Assembly: GCF_033153115.1 (NCBI RefSeq)
Contig: NW_026889803.1
Location: forward strand, 62,000,001-62,064,000
DNA from: Saccostrea echinata
Taxonomy: Eukaryota
DNA: 64,000 nt
Reading direction: 5' to 3'
Shown here: positions 37,556-50,200 of the stretch, one piece after another
How positions within the stretch are numbered: the stretch's first letter is position 1
Layout: each line of letters opens with the position of its first letter
The notes under the pieces: model-generated
What the model was told of the DNA's origin: nothing
Database searches by the model: none
What the model saw: only the letters and a program-made list of their open reading frames with translations
Translations under genes and position numbers: made by a program

Positions 37556-39512
37556 TCATTTGACCCTTTTTCCCAACCAAAATTTTGGTTTTTGCTTAAG
37601 AGTCTTTGTAATATCTCCTGCAGATCGACGAATATTTTTACGTTCTTTATGATGCTCCCTCGACTTTTGTTGTCGACTTATCTCTCTTTCACTCTTCTTA
37701 AAGGTGAAGGTCAGCTCTCTGTTGCCTAGTGATCCAGATTTAGAGATAATGCTGTCATCTTGTGTATCCTGCAATCTTTCTGCCAAAGATTTCTTGGCTA
37801 GCTTCTTCTGACTTGTACCCTTACTATCAAGTTCAACACCATCTTTAATTTCATAGAACTTTGGACCACTTTTCTTCTCAAAATTTTCTGCCCGCCTGGC
37901 CTGAGCTGCCTCAATACGTAATTTTTTGTGCTGTTCTTTAAGTTCTTTTGTCCATGTGTGTTCATCATCTGAACTTTCACTTTCACTATCACTCCCACGT
38001 TTCTCCTCATCATCACTGACTTCAGCAAACTGTTCCATCTTGGCCTGCTTCTTCTTGCGAACCTTATCCAGCTTGGACACCACAGGATTGACCAGTTTGT
38101 ATTCCTCGCTATTCACATTGATCTGGAATTCTGGGTTAGAAAACATGGCTGAGAATCTGTCATCCTCTAATAAAGACGTGGTTTCCTTGACTTTTTTCTT
38201 GTTGGTTCCTATTTCTTTCACATCCATCAGTTTCTCTGCCAGGTCTCTGTTAACTTTCGGAAGTTTCTTCAGCCTAACTCGATTGGCTCTCTCCTGGTCA
38301 ATCTTTTCTCGAATCTTATTCTTCCTGTACTCTTCATAGGCAAATGGTTCAGCAATGGCTTTAGCCTTGTTGTACAGCCTGTTGTCCATGAAAAAACCAT
38401 GCATGTAAGCTCTCAGTAATGTTGATCCTATTAAGTGCGTCAGACCAAGTTCCTCCAATTCTTTCCTAGTTACAAATTTGTAGTCATCATACACAATCTG
38501 AGCCGTGCTTTCCTCCAGTTCCTCTGTCAGATTGTCCAGAAATGAGCACCATTTTGGGGCAGTCCCTAATGTTGGTATGTAATATGACAAGATTTTTTGG
38601 CCTTCATTAGCCATGAAAAGAAGTCCAGAGTTGGGAAGAAGACAAAGATCACTAAGATTTGTGCCTGGTTCAATGGAAGTGAAAGCCTTTCCTGTTTCAC
38701 GATCCCACAACTTTAGGATTTTTGTGTCCATAGACAGGACAAGATTCAGCGATTCTTGAAACTCAATTGATTTTATGGGCAGTTCATAATGGTGATCCTT
38801 CACAAGGAGAGGTTTGCTGGACCGAATGTCATACAATAAAATATGTCCAGTACTTGTTCCTACAGCCATATTCAATGCATCAGCAAACTTCAGTGCAGTC
38901 ACGTTTGGTAGTTCCTGAATATCTTCAATATGATTGGATAGTGTGATGTCTAGAATTCCTGCAGCTTTGCGTACACGTGGGTCAAAGCATTCCACAGTTC
39001 CTGATGCTGTCCCACAGGCTAGCAATCCATGTGCTGGATTTATCTCACAGCAGTTGATGTCTGGTGACTTTGTAGTGAGGGGACTAAGAAATCTACCCTG
39101 TTCTAAGTTGATTCTATAAACATCTGAGCCAATTCCACCAATATACAAGTCACAACTTGGGAAATGATAAGCCATATCTCTGCCATATTTTGGTATTCTC
39201 AGTCTATAATACCTTCCAAATTGTGAATGCAATTCTATGTACCTATCACATTGTAGAAACACTAACTTCCCGTAATCTTCTCCTAGAAATTGGAACTTGA
39301 CGACATCAGAATCAAGACCTCTTTCAAATTTGAGCGACATCTGTGCAGTATCAAAGCATTTAATTCTTGGTTTGTAAGTTCCTGTGGCACATATGTATTG
39401 TCCGTCCGGTGAGACTCCGACACAGTGACTAGCTGTCGGCATGTCAAAATCCTGCAGAAGCTCGATTCTTCTCCTCACATCAATATCTTGCTTCTGTAAG
39501 GAGCGCCTTTGT
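37556..39512 (-). CDS. NOL10: NOL10 exon 2
   Basis: 640-aa ORF extended to tatttcag acceptor. Confidence 0.97.
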
Positions 39513-40734
39513 CTGAAATAGAAACAAATTATAAGTAAAATATCATGAGTAATTTCTTATTTGATTTTTGCAAAATATAACCAAATATGGCTAAAGGATA
39601 CAAACTGTTTTTTTTTCTTATGTTTCTATCCTGAAGTTTTCAGATGGGCATAATTTTTTCCCCTTAGATTCTCACCTTGTTGAAAATTGTGCAGGTAGGT
39701 TGGGAAATAGTTTTTACTCAGACATGAAGATATTTCCCTTTCATAGTAGATGCTACAATTTTGAAGTTATCCCATCAAATTTCGACAATTTTGGTCAGAA
39801 AAATGACAATAATTAAGATATTTTTTATTATGCCATGTTTAGCTTTTTTAACACAAAAATATTAAAAGAGCAGGTATCTCAAATCAATTTTCAAAATGGT
39901 TGATTAATTTTAGATAGGGAAAACGATCAAAAAGAATAGGCTGTGAGGATTTTTGATGGTATCGAGACAGTAACAAAATAGACGACTTTCACATTCTTAA
40001 GAGTTATCTCTCTTTGTCGGCGCAATGCTCATTTTTCTCACTATATCCTATGTAACTTATCTGTAAATATTTTAAACCTTCAAACGCTTTCGGACTATTT
40101 TCTACCGTTCCTATATTGCCAAGGTATGGGGCAACACAGACAGCATAATTAACATATATATACAGATATAATTTGTAAGACTCTGCCCCATAAATTAAGT
40201 AATATTATACAGGGAAAACGATTGAAATACCCCCCCCCCCCCCCAAAAGGGAAATAACTTTTGTAAATGTGAAAGTTGTCTTTCAACTGCGCTTACACAA
40301 ACCTACACTAAACTAGTCATCTAGTAACGAATTGATTTCTGACATTCTGGTTACAAGTTCTTGTATCAAAAGTTGACTAAAAACCATAAATAATATTAGA
40401 TGGTTCATCTGCTGACTTTAACATTAGAAGAAACCTATCCTTTGCGATTGTTCAAAACTGAAGTGGAGCCCGTTCCCTCTTGTTTGTAAATTTCAGGTAA
40501 TCAGGTATCCTACAGATACCCAAAAGGAACTACGTGTAGTAAAGTTGGAGTCTGATTATGTATTGGATGATATAAATACTATATATATAGGCCTTAATGT
40601 TATTATTGAAGTCATGGCATGGGTACACTAAAGTAGTGTCTCATACAACATTACCTGTCAGACAGCCATTCTGGAAGAGATTTTCCAGCGCTCAGATTAT
40701 AGATCTTCACGTTATTTGGATTAGAAACCTGCAT
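37556..40734 (-). CDS. NOL10: Nucleolar protein 10 (Enp2 ortholog; WD40 + NUC153), 678 aa, 2 exons
   Basis: Exon 1 40734-40655 (MQVSNPNNVKIYNLSAGKSLPEWLSD) is spliced phase 2 to exon 2 39512-37556. Motifs: RRIELLQDFDMP, LGTAPKWCSFLDNLTEELEE, LLRAYMHGFFMD, DDRFSAMFSNPEF. Confidence 0.97.
40655..40734 (-). CDS. NOL10: NOL10 exon 1
   Basis: Conserved N-terminus KIYNLS.GKSLPEWL; gtaatg donor. Confidence 0.93.
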
Positions 40735-40836
40735 TATGTCAGCTTTTTAAGAAATAACTGACTTTACGTCCTTTAGAATACATCAAGAATGATCAACATC
40801 ATAGGCCTGATAACGAACATGTGTTTACAACATTAA

Positions 40837-41045
40837 CCGGAAATGCCCAAATGAACAAACTTTTCTATTCCGGATAATTTTGAAATGCACATTTTTTTTT
40901 TGGTCTGAAAAAGTAGGCCCGACGTCAAACTACTTTTGTAATAAATGAACATGTACAAAATATTTAAGATGACATTATGAAGAGAAAGTATATCTTTGCA
41001 TGTAATATAGAGAAGGGCACAAATAAATCCATCCAGTTCGGAAGT
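40837..41045 (-). promoter_or_regulatory. Candidate NOL10 promoter motifs
   Basis: ccggaaat (40837), gacgtca (40921), cggaagt (41039), 100-310 bp upstream of the ATG. Confidence 0.3.
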
Positions 41046-41231
41046 AAATTCTAATCAAGTGAAAATTTGTTTCTTTTTTTTTTTTTCATGATAGCGTAAT
41101 CTGATTTAAACATTTTTGACATCACTTCATTTAACTCCTGAATACTAAACATAATTTTGAAGTTTTAGAGGGTCAGACAAGCGGCGTAATTTTATGATGT
41201 CTGGTAATGCTGTACACCTTTTCTGAATAAA

Positions 41232-41408
41232 NNNNNNNNNNNNNNNNNNNNNNNNNNNNNNNNNNNNNNNNNNNNNNNNNNNNNNNNNNNNNNNNNNNNN
41301 NNNNNNNNNNNNNNNNNNNNNNNNNNNNNNNNNNNNNNNNNNNNNNNNNNNNNNNNNNNNNNNNNNNNNNNNNNNNNNNNNNNNNNNNNNNNNNNNNNNN
41401 NNNNNNNN
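41232..41408. other. Assembly gap
   Basis: N run. Confidence 1.
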
Positions 41409-41461
41409 ACCGGTACAGTTTTGCTGGGTGTATTAAAAATAAAAATCCAAAAAATCACAAA

Positions 41462-41516
41462 ATATTTTCTGCAAGCGCTTTCGCCATGTTAGGCTCTTCA
41501 GGCAGTTATACAAAAT
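41462..41516 (-). ncRNA. Second copy of the same hammerhead motif on the minus strand
   Basis: Exact reverse complement of the plus-strand copy (left arm of a 58-bp inverted repeat). Confidence 0.6.
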
Positions 41517-41521
41517 GATGT

Positions 41522-41578
41522 ATATTTTGTATAACTGCCTGAAGAGCCTAACATGGCGAAAGCGCTTGCAGAAAATAT
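41522..41578 (+). ncRNA. Minimal type I hammerhead ribozyme motif
   Basis: Stem I CUGC/GCAG (extended by AUAUUUU/AAAAUAU), core CUGAAGA, stem II GCC-UAACAU-GGC, GAAA, palindromic stem III AGCGCU, cleavage triplet CUU. Confidence 0.7.
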
Positions 41579-42299
41579 TTTTTCTTTAAAAGAATAGAAG
41601 GATGTTCATCATTTGATATCTATTCAAAACTCCAGGAAATGTATGCTGATTTTTTGTTCCAAGAACATCTTATGGTATTATGATTTTAAATGAAGAATAT
41701 CTCGGAAAATTACAAATCACAAAATCAGTGGAAAAGGTACATTGTAAAGACATTTACGAGAATGCGTATGACCTTAACAATTAGATTCGTGTTAGACTTC
41801 ATAAAATTATGTTATACTCAACATCAGAAAAAGGAAAAAAAAAGATCAAATTCAGATTTATTTAAAATCTAACGAGACCTGTTTAAATATTAACTTCCAT
41901 CAAAATTGTCTTGTGACTGTGGATATATCGAAAAGAGGAAAAGAGGAAATCTATAAAAGATGAATGAATAAATAAATTGGATACTTGAAGCAATTTTTTT
42001 TTTATGTTATATACCATGAATTGGTCCTTCTGTCGTACATGTGTAGAATGACTACTTGGAGGTTGTGTTATAATACACACTTACTATTCATTCACTATTT
42101 ATTGAAAGATATAAATTGTAAACCAATAATCTCTAAGAAAAAAAAACATGCTATTATCATGTTGTAAATTTTGAATTTACTATAGGGGGAGGTAAATGCA
42201 AAATTTACAACATGATACTATGCTAGTAAATTATTTGTTGAAAACGAAAAACATTTGGCACTCTACTGTTCTGTTTATGATCTCCAAAAAACAAGAACA

Positions 42300-43390
42300 A
42301 AAACAAAACAAACATACGGAAAAAAAAACCCAGAAAATGAAGGAAACAAAAACGAAAAATTTGTCACACCCGCAGTGAGCCCCATGTACTGATCATGTAC
42401 ATGTAGACGGAATTCGTAGTCTTTAGTACAAAAACAAAGACAATTGGTATAAAATATGTCTGTCATATAATACGAACCAATGATAGGTATTTCATAACAA
42501 GGTCATTATAACGACAATAGAATTTACGAAATGCTGACTTTAAATGAGGTTGTTGAAATCCCGGTAACATCAACTTATCTGTCAGTAGCCAAAACTGATC
42601 GTACCCAGAGCATGCCATTGAGTATTAAATAGGTTTGGAGACATAAACACCATTTGCAGGTGATAGCGGGACATTACAACATAAATGAGGAAAGCAGACA
42701 ATGAATCTTAGACGGAATATTTCGTAGTTTTTAGCATAAAAAGCTGCGTGAAGTCGACCCGTTTGTTATCAGTTAAGTTGTTAGTTGGCCTTTATTGTCT
42801 ATAGTCAGTAAAACTAAAACATCCAAATTTGAGACAGATGTGTCAGACTCTGTGACTTTTATTTCAAGTTCACTGGGATATATCGAGTCGACATATATAA
42901 GAATTCAAGAAATTATTACGGATGGAACGTCGATATATCTGAATGTTGAGTTGAAAACCATAGCAAGTGTTTTCTTCTTCTCATTTAGAAGTTTTTGAAT
43001 AAACTCTGCTTCATAAGACAGGGACTTAGTAGAGCATTTGCTGGACCCGGCAATGCATTTTTGTAAGGATTTTTATTAAGTTTAGGAATCCAGTATAGAT
43101 AAGGTAAACCGAACTCACCTTCGTTGACTGGAATGTTAGAAGTATTAAAAACTGAGAATTTCATCCTTTGAAAGTGAACTGTGAGTATAAGTTGAATTTC
43201 CAGATGTAGATTTAAAACCAAATTCTTTTTAAAAAAAGTTATAATAACGAGCCTTACAAACAAAGACGATATTGTTACAAACCTTTTCTGCTGGAACCAT
43301 AACATATTGTTCATGTAGTCTCTCTAATTCTTTTATAAGGATTGGTGGTTTGCATATTGCCTTTTTACCTTATAACGCGATCCTTTTATT
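42300..43390 (-). mobile_element. Decayed Penelope-like element with RT fragments
   Basis: LPYLYWIPKLNKNPYK fragment joined by an internal deletion to YEAEFIQKLL; same 3' region as other copies. Confidence 0.75.
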
Positions 43391-43519
43391 TCTAAAACAT
43401 TTAAGGATAACCGCTCCTCAGCCAGGAGAACTCTTAAATTTATCATTTAAATAAAAAGTCTCAAAATAAAGCTTGATTGCAATTTTTCACTTTTCACTGT
43501 ATCTCAATATGATTCAAGG

Positions 43520-44650
43520 ATATAAGTCTTCGAAACAGTCTTGTAAAAAATAGATTTTTGTACTCCATAAAAATACAAAAACAAGTAGTTTTAGAGAAAT
43601 AATTACGCGACACCAATCATATTCAAAAAGATGGCTACTGTGTAAAGTGTAAGAGGCGTTTTTGAAACCAGTTTGTGTAGAAAAACGCCTCTTTTGGTAT
43701 AGAATTGGAGATGTGCTGTAGATGTGTAATAATATTTTGGAGTATTCATTTTTATCCTTGGGGCCCCATGTGGGATGGAAAAACTATTTTTTTAAAGTCC
43801 TCAGAACTTATCTAACAGAGGCCAAATAATATTCTGCAAAATAATTGGTGTCGTGTAAATATGCAATAAGGTTTTGAAATTTTCATTTTAATCATTGGGG
43901 CTAATTTAGGGTTTTGAAAAACATCTTTTTTCTACACAAACTGGTTTCCAAAACGCCTTTTATGTTATACTCAGTAGCCAAATCATCTTTTGGAATATGA
44001 CTGGTGTCGTGTAAAGATGCAATAAGGTTTCTGAAACTTGATTTTAATCATGGGACGCAACAAGAGGTCGAAAACAACATTTTCTAGGGGGGAAATCTTG
44101 GCCCCAATGAAAAAAAAAATGAAAATTTCAAAACATTACTGCATACATACACGAACTATATTGCAGAATATGATTTGGCTTCTGTACAAGAGGAGTTCTG
44201 AGAACTTTTTTTTAAAAAAATCGTTTTTCCACCCCACGTGGGGCCCCAAGGATAAAAATTAAAATTCCGAAACCTTATTCTACATAACTATACCAATTTA
44301 ATTTATACCTTATGATTATTTAGCTACTGCGTGAAATGTTCAGGAGGAGTTCTCGGAACCAGGTGTCGTTCTTCGTCCCTTAATTGGCCCCCAAGATTGA
44401 AAATTCCAAATTTACATTACAGGACTCCACCAATCATATTCCAAAAGATAAATTGGCTGCTGTTTAAAATGTAAGAGGGGTATGCGAATAAGATAGAGTG
44501 ATAGACATAGAGACGGACGAATAGAGTAGGATAACAACAATATACAGGCCCGTAGGAAGCAATTTCAGTTTGGGGGGGGGGGGGGCACAGCCAAACATTT
44601 TTCAGTTGACAGTTGAGGGGGCACTACCAAAAATTTTCTGACAAGCAAAA

Positions 44651-44690
<40 letters not shown>

Positions 44691-46250
44691 TCATCAGGCG
44701 GTTTTATTGAGGGGGCACATGCTTATAGTATCTATGTTTACTATAGTAATCTATATATCGGCAAAATTATTGGGGGGGGGGGGCACGGCCCCTCCGTGCC
44801 CCCCCCCCCGGTTCCTACGGCCATGATATAACCGAATTCTTTCAAGTGCACGTAAAATCGAGTTATCCGAGTTAACGAGGAATAAAAAAGAAGTAAGATA
44901 ACAGTGATCGAACTACGAAAAAAAATAGACCAGAAATCAAACTATGAAAATTGATTTAGCTACTACGTACAATGAAATTTCCAAACCTTACTGCACATCT
45001 AAAAAAAAAAATCACTACTCGTATTCCAAATGATGAATTGGTTATAAGAAATTTGGGAACCACGTTTTTGTAGAAAAAAGGCCTTTTTCAACCCCCAATT
45101 GCCCCCCCCCCCCCCGGGTGGATTTTTTTTTTTTAACTTGCTGCACATCTACTGGACAGCACATATCATATTCCAAAAGACAAATTGGCTACTGCTGAAA
45201 ATGTAGGGAAAATTCAGAGAACTTGTTTTTTTTCTGTAGAAAAATGTCGTATTTCGAGCCCAAATTGGCCCCTAGGTCTAGAATATATATAGGACAAAAC
45301 CAATCATATTGGTTTGAACATATTTTATTGTAAAAATAGTATACAAATTGTTTGAACACAAGTTCTAGAAACTTGCCAGGTTCTCACTATAAATGGCTAC
45401 AACTGTCAATGTCTATAGAAAAAAAACTTTGATATACAAACATGTTTGTTTTAAACATACATTCTTTACATGATAATTATATAACCTTTAACTAGAGTTT
45501 TAGTGTTAGGTTGCAATAATTAATTGAATCTACCAGAATCTCATAAATTTTTGTACAGATTGAAAAATATATTTATTGATTTCAACATTTTGTGATTCAT
45601 CTCCCCACAAGAAGTAGGTGAAAATCAATAATATTTAATTTAATATTTGGTTTAATAAGACTTAAAAGGTTTCTAAATAGTTCCTCCCTAGCATGTTGAT
45701 GCTTATTACAATTAATCAAAGAAGAAATGATATAGGTCACATGAACAATTAGGACTATCAATAATGTTTCTTCTATAAAGATCATAATTTAGAATACAGC
45801 TGTGTTGTAGTTTAGTATGTATGATGTTAATATGTCATATCTTAAAAGGTGAGTTGGCTACTGCTTAAAATGAGAGATTTTGAGGAGGAAGATTTTGTAG
45901 AGAACATACCCCCCCCCCCGGCCATTAGATTTTAGGGTGAAAATGAAAATTCTGAAATCTTATTGCACATCCTTTTATATTCCAAAAGATGAATTGGCTA
46001 CTTCTTAAAATGTAATCTTGACGAGTTTGTGGAAGAAGCCCTTTTCGACCGCCAAATGGCACTAGAGTGAAAAAGAAAAATTAGAAACTTTATTGCACAT
46101 CTATATGCTTCACATTCTGAAAGTAATTGGCTATTGCTTAGATTAAAATTTAAGATGAGTTTGAGGAAAACGATAATGTGATGGACAGATTGACGGACCA
46201 GGATAACAATAATATATCCGAACTTTCTTTAGAAAGTGGGGGTATATAAC
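43520..46250 (-). mobile_element. Degenerate HINE-like elements with internal tandem repeats
   Basis: Recurrent catattccaaaagat..ttggctactgc..aaaatgtaa units ending in gacggac..ggataacaa..ccgaactttc; another copy at ~56340-56990. Confidence 0.6.
44545..44824. mobile_element. hAT-like MITE
   Basis: caggcccgtaggaa / ttcctacggccatg; atata on both flanks. Confidence 0.75.
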
Positions 46251-47116
46251 AAAGTAAAATAATACATTTATTCTTTGGAAATAGGCATTAATCATTGACA
46301 TGAATATGTATATAATTCAAACCACTAATTTGTTCGTTTATAAACGAGATATTTTCAAAAATTATCTGTCAGAAATTTTAAATTAAATGTACACTTTTTA
46401 AAAACGATCCATTGAAATATTTCTCATGGTTAAAAAAAGATACAGAATTTAAAATTTCAATACGAAGTAAGTATTAAGATAAAAGGAATGTGAAAGTGGG
46501 TTCTTTGATCCATTAATAAATGCCTTGCATCACAGTTATAACCGCTTAGCTGTTATAATAATCCCTCTATTGATGTTTTAGCGAGTTTATTTGATTTTAC
46601 GCGGTCCAGTTTGTTTATTTAAAAGGATACGTACGCCGACAAGTATCCGTTAGGCTGAACAGTAAATACCTCGGCATTCGTCGTAAAGCACTTGTAGTCT
46701 ATTGTAGAGTTGATTGGCTTTCTTAGGCAGTGTCTACCAAAGCGAGAAGCTTTCTTCTTTCAAATTAAACGCGGACCGAATCAGAGAGCGTCAAAGCGAC
46801 AAGAGACTCCGAATTGTTAACGTTAGTAATGTTTTATTATATAAAAAATATCAAGAATTCAATCTTTCTTTCATTGGATAATAAAAAGCATTAATTGAAT
46901 TTCGTTTCAGTTTTTTAACTTTAAGTGTGCGTAAACACTTCATAAATTCTTTTCCATTTGATAAGCCGTGCTACATGTATTTCTACAAGCTATAAATTTT
47001 GAATACCTGCAATTGTTCGTGAAGGTAAAGTTAATTTGTGTGCTTCCTTTGGATCGGAACATCACGAATTCCTGAGGGTACGCACGGACGTTATAATTAT
47101 TAGTGAAATATCAGAA

Positions 47117-47254
47117 ATGGAAGACTTTCGATTCTTTCATATGATGGTGCTAAGTGCAATCCTTCTCCAGTTCCTTATGTTTGAGAGTACAATTGCTTTT
47201 AAGGACCTAATGGCAGACCCAGATCCATTTTCTAACGTAGAGACAAATGAAGAG
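47117..47254 (+). CDS. FAM132-like exon 1 (signal peptide)
   Basis: MMVLSAILLQFLMFESTIA hydrophobic stretch; gtaagt donor, phase 0. The link to exon 2 across 10 kb is inferred. Confidence 0.7.
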
Positions 47255-50200
47255 GTAAGTAATTTGTTAATGAAAATTTCAGTCTTTAAAACTAACACAC
47301 TTTGTTCCGAAATTAGAATGAATTTAAAAAGTAATATTCTTAATTTTTCCACGGAGGGAAAATAGCGAAGGACGAGCTTTAGGAATTATACACTTTTACA
47401 CACAAATAATTCTTTAAGAATATAACATATCATCTTATCGTGAAAAAAAGATGTCCGTGCATTTCGAACGCTGGCTGTACCAGTGGATCCGGACAAAATC
47501 CATGTACACACCCCTTCTTATATCATCAGACAAAAGGAATCTGAGCCGAATGCATAATAATGAGATCGGGTTATAATAGGAAACAGCGCCAAAGAAAGTA
47601 CCAATTTATATAATCAAATTGAAAACCCGATGCTTATAAAAGGGGTATGTAAATTTCATCTTTTTTAAAGGCGTGTTTTAGGCGATTAATGGGAAAACAG
47701 ACAATTTGTCTGCGAATTTCGTCTTCGTTTCAAGGTTGCATTTGAGAAATCGGATTGTTTAGAAATGTTTTTGCACTTCGACATCAGAAATGTAATGTTT
47801 CGCCGACCTGGCGACTTTTTGAGCATAAAACATTTAGTGTTGTAATTCTAAATTGGAAAAAATTCAAATATTGAAAGATAGATGATTGAATTCAGTTGTG
47901 GGAGACCTGAATGAAGGGTCGGGGTGACTGTTTAAATTTAATACATCTACCACTTTTACTGGCAAAAGCTTCAAAGCTACTATGGTAATTACTCGCTTAT
48001 CTATTTAAAATCTCAGTGAGATAACATCGAAAACGTACAAGCCATTAACCACAGTAATATATATGACCAAATTCAATTATTAATATTTTTGCAAACATTC
48101 AATTTTTAGATTTTACAAGTAATAGAAATTAATTCTTAGCAGTAAATGATGTAGTCCCATGAAGTAAATAGCACTATTGCTCAAAATCCAAGACTGCTGG
48201 AAGAGATACATGCAGTTACGTTCGCTTGGTAAGAAGTGTTACACTTCCGGAATTTTGAACGTTACATTATAACGTTTAGTTGACAGAAACAGATTGGTGT
48301 GATGTACAATTTCTAAAATTAAAGATTATTCTTAACGGAGAAAATAACAAATCAAAAATAATATGAAAATATCAAGTTTTGCTATCGGAAGAAAATATGG
48401 AAGAACAAAGAAAGATCTGTGGTGGTACAGAGGAAATTTGGTCATTTTTTTTTTTTTTTTTCAGTTTTTATATTTAAAAATTCTAACAAAGTTTAACACC
48501 AACAGGTTTAGGTAAGAAAACTGAGGCTATAAATACTTCAGAGTTCCTAGGATTTTTGTAATATTAGATTCGAAATGAGTAGAATGAAATATGGAGATAA
48601 CGAACAGTAGTCAAACTCAAAGTCCATTTGAACAATACAGATCGGGAGCAGAACAAACAGGGACCTCCAAAAACATCAGAGGTGGGATCAGGTGCCATGG
48701 AGGAGAAAGCATTCCCTGTCGACCCTATCACACCCTCCTAGTGCTCCTTGTCATGATCGGGAAAACGGAAAAATCCGTAGACAATTAAGTGTGTAAATAA
48801 TGGCCTAACAATTAATTTGAAAAACGTCATTCAGCATTTGACTTAATGATAGGTTTTATTTGCTGACAAGGTCAAAGTACCGACCATAAAACTTGCGAAA
48901 TGATGACTTCAAACGAGACTGTTGAGATATCCTGGTTTCATCAACTTGTTTGTCAATGGCTTACCTCGTTTTAGAAATTGTTAATACGTGAAGCATGCTC
49001 TTTCGTATCGATTCAACTCGGAGACAAAAACCCCATATGCAGGTGATAATGGTATATTGACCATTGAAAAATTGAAGCCATCACGTTTATCAAAATTGGC
49101 AAAGAAAATTCGGACTAGAATTATGAACATATTTATTGTTCAAATATATTTGTTTATTTATATTTAGCAACAATATCTCATTTTCATTATATTTCATTAC
49201 CAAAGAGTTTTGTAACTTTGTTAGATTGTGTTGATGAAGAAAATATTGGTTATACATGTAGTGTGTAAAATTGTGTTTCACATATATACTCAGTGGCTAC
49301 TACCATGAATTATATGTCACTGTCCTAGTTATTTGAAAGTGTAAAATAACACAATAATCATAGGTCTACAATGCAAACTGCACAATAGGTGGTTATTCAT
49401 TTTTCATTCGCATCAGTGGAATTTTTTGTCATCTGAGTAAACGTCATCCTTAAAACACATTTAATGTTTGAATTTTCTGCCGGATCATTTTAGATTAATC
49501 TGTCAAACCACTGTAAATACATGCACGGAAGTCATATTATCTTTTTCTTGACATATTCCGAGAGTTGTCAGAACATGTATCTGTGATAGATTAGGAGCTC
49601 GTCACGGTTCACTGGTCTCAGGCTCCTGTACGAGATACCGATTGATAATGAACAGACACATTGATCTTGTAAGATTTTCTCTCAATGCACAAAAATAACA
49701 TCCGTGAGAAGTGTGTCGCCTCCCTCTTCATTTAGAACATTCAGTTACGTTTGATTAAGTCTGTCTGAAATCCCTTAATTCATGGATGCATGTATGATGA
49801 AGCAAAGAAAAAATGATGTTAAAAAACGGTGATATGTGCTAATTAAATTGCCCGAAAAGATACATTTAAAAGATTTGATTAAAGCCTAAAATATTCGTAT
49901 AATCTTATCGTTGCAAAATGAAAGGAATGCAATTATCCATAGAGATGGAATATGGACGTTTCCATCAATTCATTGTCCATTAATGACAAAATTTAGGAAT
50001 TTTTGATTCAGTCACTACAAAAAAATGCTATAGATACTCATTCGAGAAAACTCGCATTCTTTTCTGATGATAAAGGCAAAGACAAGGAACAACGATCAAT
50101 CTCATAAATTTAGTAAACAAAACGAATTGTGAACAAGACAAAAAGACAGAATTCTGGAAACAACAGAGATGGGATCAGGTGCCTAGGAGGAGTTAGCATT

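Noticed and set aside
37926-38339. 137-aa plus-strand ORF
   Set aside because: Antisense shadow of the Lys/Glu-rich NOL10 coding sequence.
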